NCBI GenBank assembly: GCA_964016885.1
Contig: OZ024740.1
Span: forward strand, 118,730,001-118,794,000
Source: Eledone cirrhosa
Lineage: Eukaryota
Direction: 5' to 3'
DNA: 64,000 bases
Part shown: piece after piece, positions 62,441-64,000 of the stretch
Position numbering within the stretch: position 1 is the first letter of the stretch
Layout of the letters: every line of letters begins with the position of its first letter
The notes under the pieces: generated by a model
Database searches by the model: none
What the model was told of the DNA's origin: nothing
Seen by the model: the letters and a program-made list of their open reading frames with translations, nothing else
Program-made: the position numbers and the translations under genes

Positions 62441-63276
62441 TATCTAGAGCGATATTTGTGTCCTCAGTTAAGTAAAGGGAGTGAGTCTGTGATGTTAGTG
62501 GGGAGAGTGTGATTAAAGCATGGTAGAAATAGTACTGTGGGAACAGTGACAGCTATATGTTGCTCACTGGGAGACTCATCACTCTATATCTGTTGAGTCA
62601 ATTAAGATAACAAATCCAACTTAAGCAAAATATATCGATAATATGTTTCAGGTTTCATAAATGTCAGTTGTCAAATGTTTTCGATGTGCAACATATATTG
62701 GATACAATATTGATATAACTCAGATATAACTCACAAGAAATTTATTATTAATATTAAATAAAAAAATTACTATGTGTATGTATGCATGTTTGTATGATTA
62801 TGTGTGTATATGTGTGTGTGTGTGTGGAGAGAGAGAGAGCAAGCAAGAAAGAGAGAAAGAGAGAGAGTGAGAGATGTGATCCCTCACTTCACATGAAGGT
62901 CTGTCAGACATTAAATTTTAACACAATTGTTATTATTTTCTTCATTGCATTTGAATTTATTATATAGTATTTATATTTAGCATTTACAAGTTCTTGTAAT
63001 AAATACTCAGACATCATATACAAACCCTGAGCTCATAATACAATGATAAATACATGCATATATATAATCTGATTGGAATTAAATATCATGAAACTTCAAG
63101 CCTTTGCCACCATGGGCCATCAAATAGCTTCAGAATTGTGTTGTCTTAGGACACATGCCTTAGCTCAGACCAAACAGCCTTTGATTTTAGGATCGAAAAA
63201 TATGCTCAAGTACTATTGTTGCCTCAACCATTTTGGCTGTGAACGTCTTTCTACAAGCCTTTTCTGAATTTAGCTA

Positions 63277-63483
63277 TTATACCTTTTGATACCAAACCTC
63301 ATGAAACCACCCTTTATGATATAAAGCTGTTTCTTTCAAGGATCTTCCATCAGAATTTCATGGGAAGTTATGTTCCAAACACCAGGTAACTAATGAGACA
63401 GTTAGTTATATTACTGAATTCCTCCAGGTTCTTCATTATTTCTAAATCATTTAAAAATATTAAACATCTTTCAAAAGGGTTAA
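63277..63483. mobile_element. TTAA-type (piggyBac-like) MITE, decayed
   Basis: Ends TTATACCTTTTGA...TCAAAAGGGTTAA are inverted; resembles a recalled octopod MITE. Confidence 0.55.
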
Positions 63484-64000
63484 CTTTTTCAACACACAAC
63501 TGCCTTACTCTTTATCCTTTAGATCCAATACTTATTTTCCTTGACAAACCCACCCATTATCTTTTATTTATAATTGCTCAAGTCTCTTCTTATTTAACTA
63601 GCTTGTTCATCCAATTGCTGCTCAATAAAAAACCCTATTCAGCTTCCAAAATAAAAGTTCTATCTATTTTGATCATAACGATTATAGAGTGACAGTCTAT
63701 CTAATCAACTACTTGAAAATAAGAAATTGACTGGAGCAATTATAGATGATCTGTGGTCTTTACAAGAAAAAGTATAGTAGAATTTAAGGATACATTGAGA
63801 AATCAGCGATATAATTATCCTGAAACATATGCTATTGAATGTTGGTCTGGATGACTTGCTGCAATTTTCCCAAGTTCAAGTTGTCACATTTGACTAATTT
63901 ACTCGATATCTGTTGGACAGTTGGAAATGTTTGACATAATTTAAAAGCTCTGTGCCTCCCTCCTTCATAAATGTTATTCTGACTTAATTCCTCAACTATA

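Overview
AT-rich eukaryotic, repeat-saturated intergenic or intronic DNA. The SINE, MITE and LINE repertoire resembles that of octopod cephalopods; this is recalled resemblance, not a database search. No host protein-coding gene can be called with confidence. The window contains about 12 copies or fragments of an RTE-type LINE whose RT carries an inserted C4HC3 PHD-like finger, other decayed LINEs (RTE, CR1-like, R4-like with RLE), two coding Penelope-like elements (PLEs, GIY-YIG), a decayed mariner, many tRNA-derived SINEs and microsatellites. The main hidden signal is a set of type I hammerhead ribozyme (HHR) motifs: about 8 well formed and several decayed, from several unrelated sequence families. 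They sit in short non-coding modules inside (TA)n tracts, often with an inverted-arm plus tail architecture. In the module at 17.4-18.2 kb, an inverted copy begins within 3 nt of the predicted self-cleavage site. Coordinates were read by eye and may be off by a few bases.
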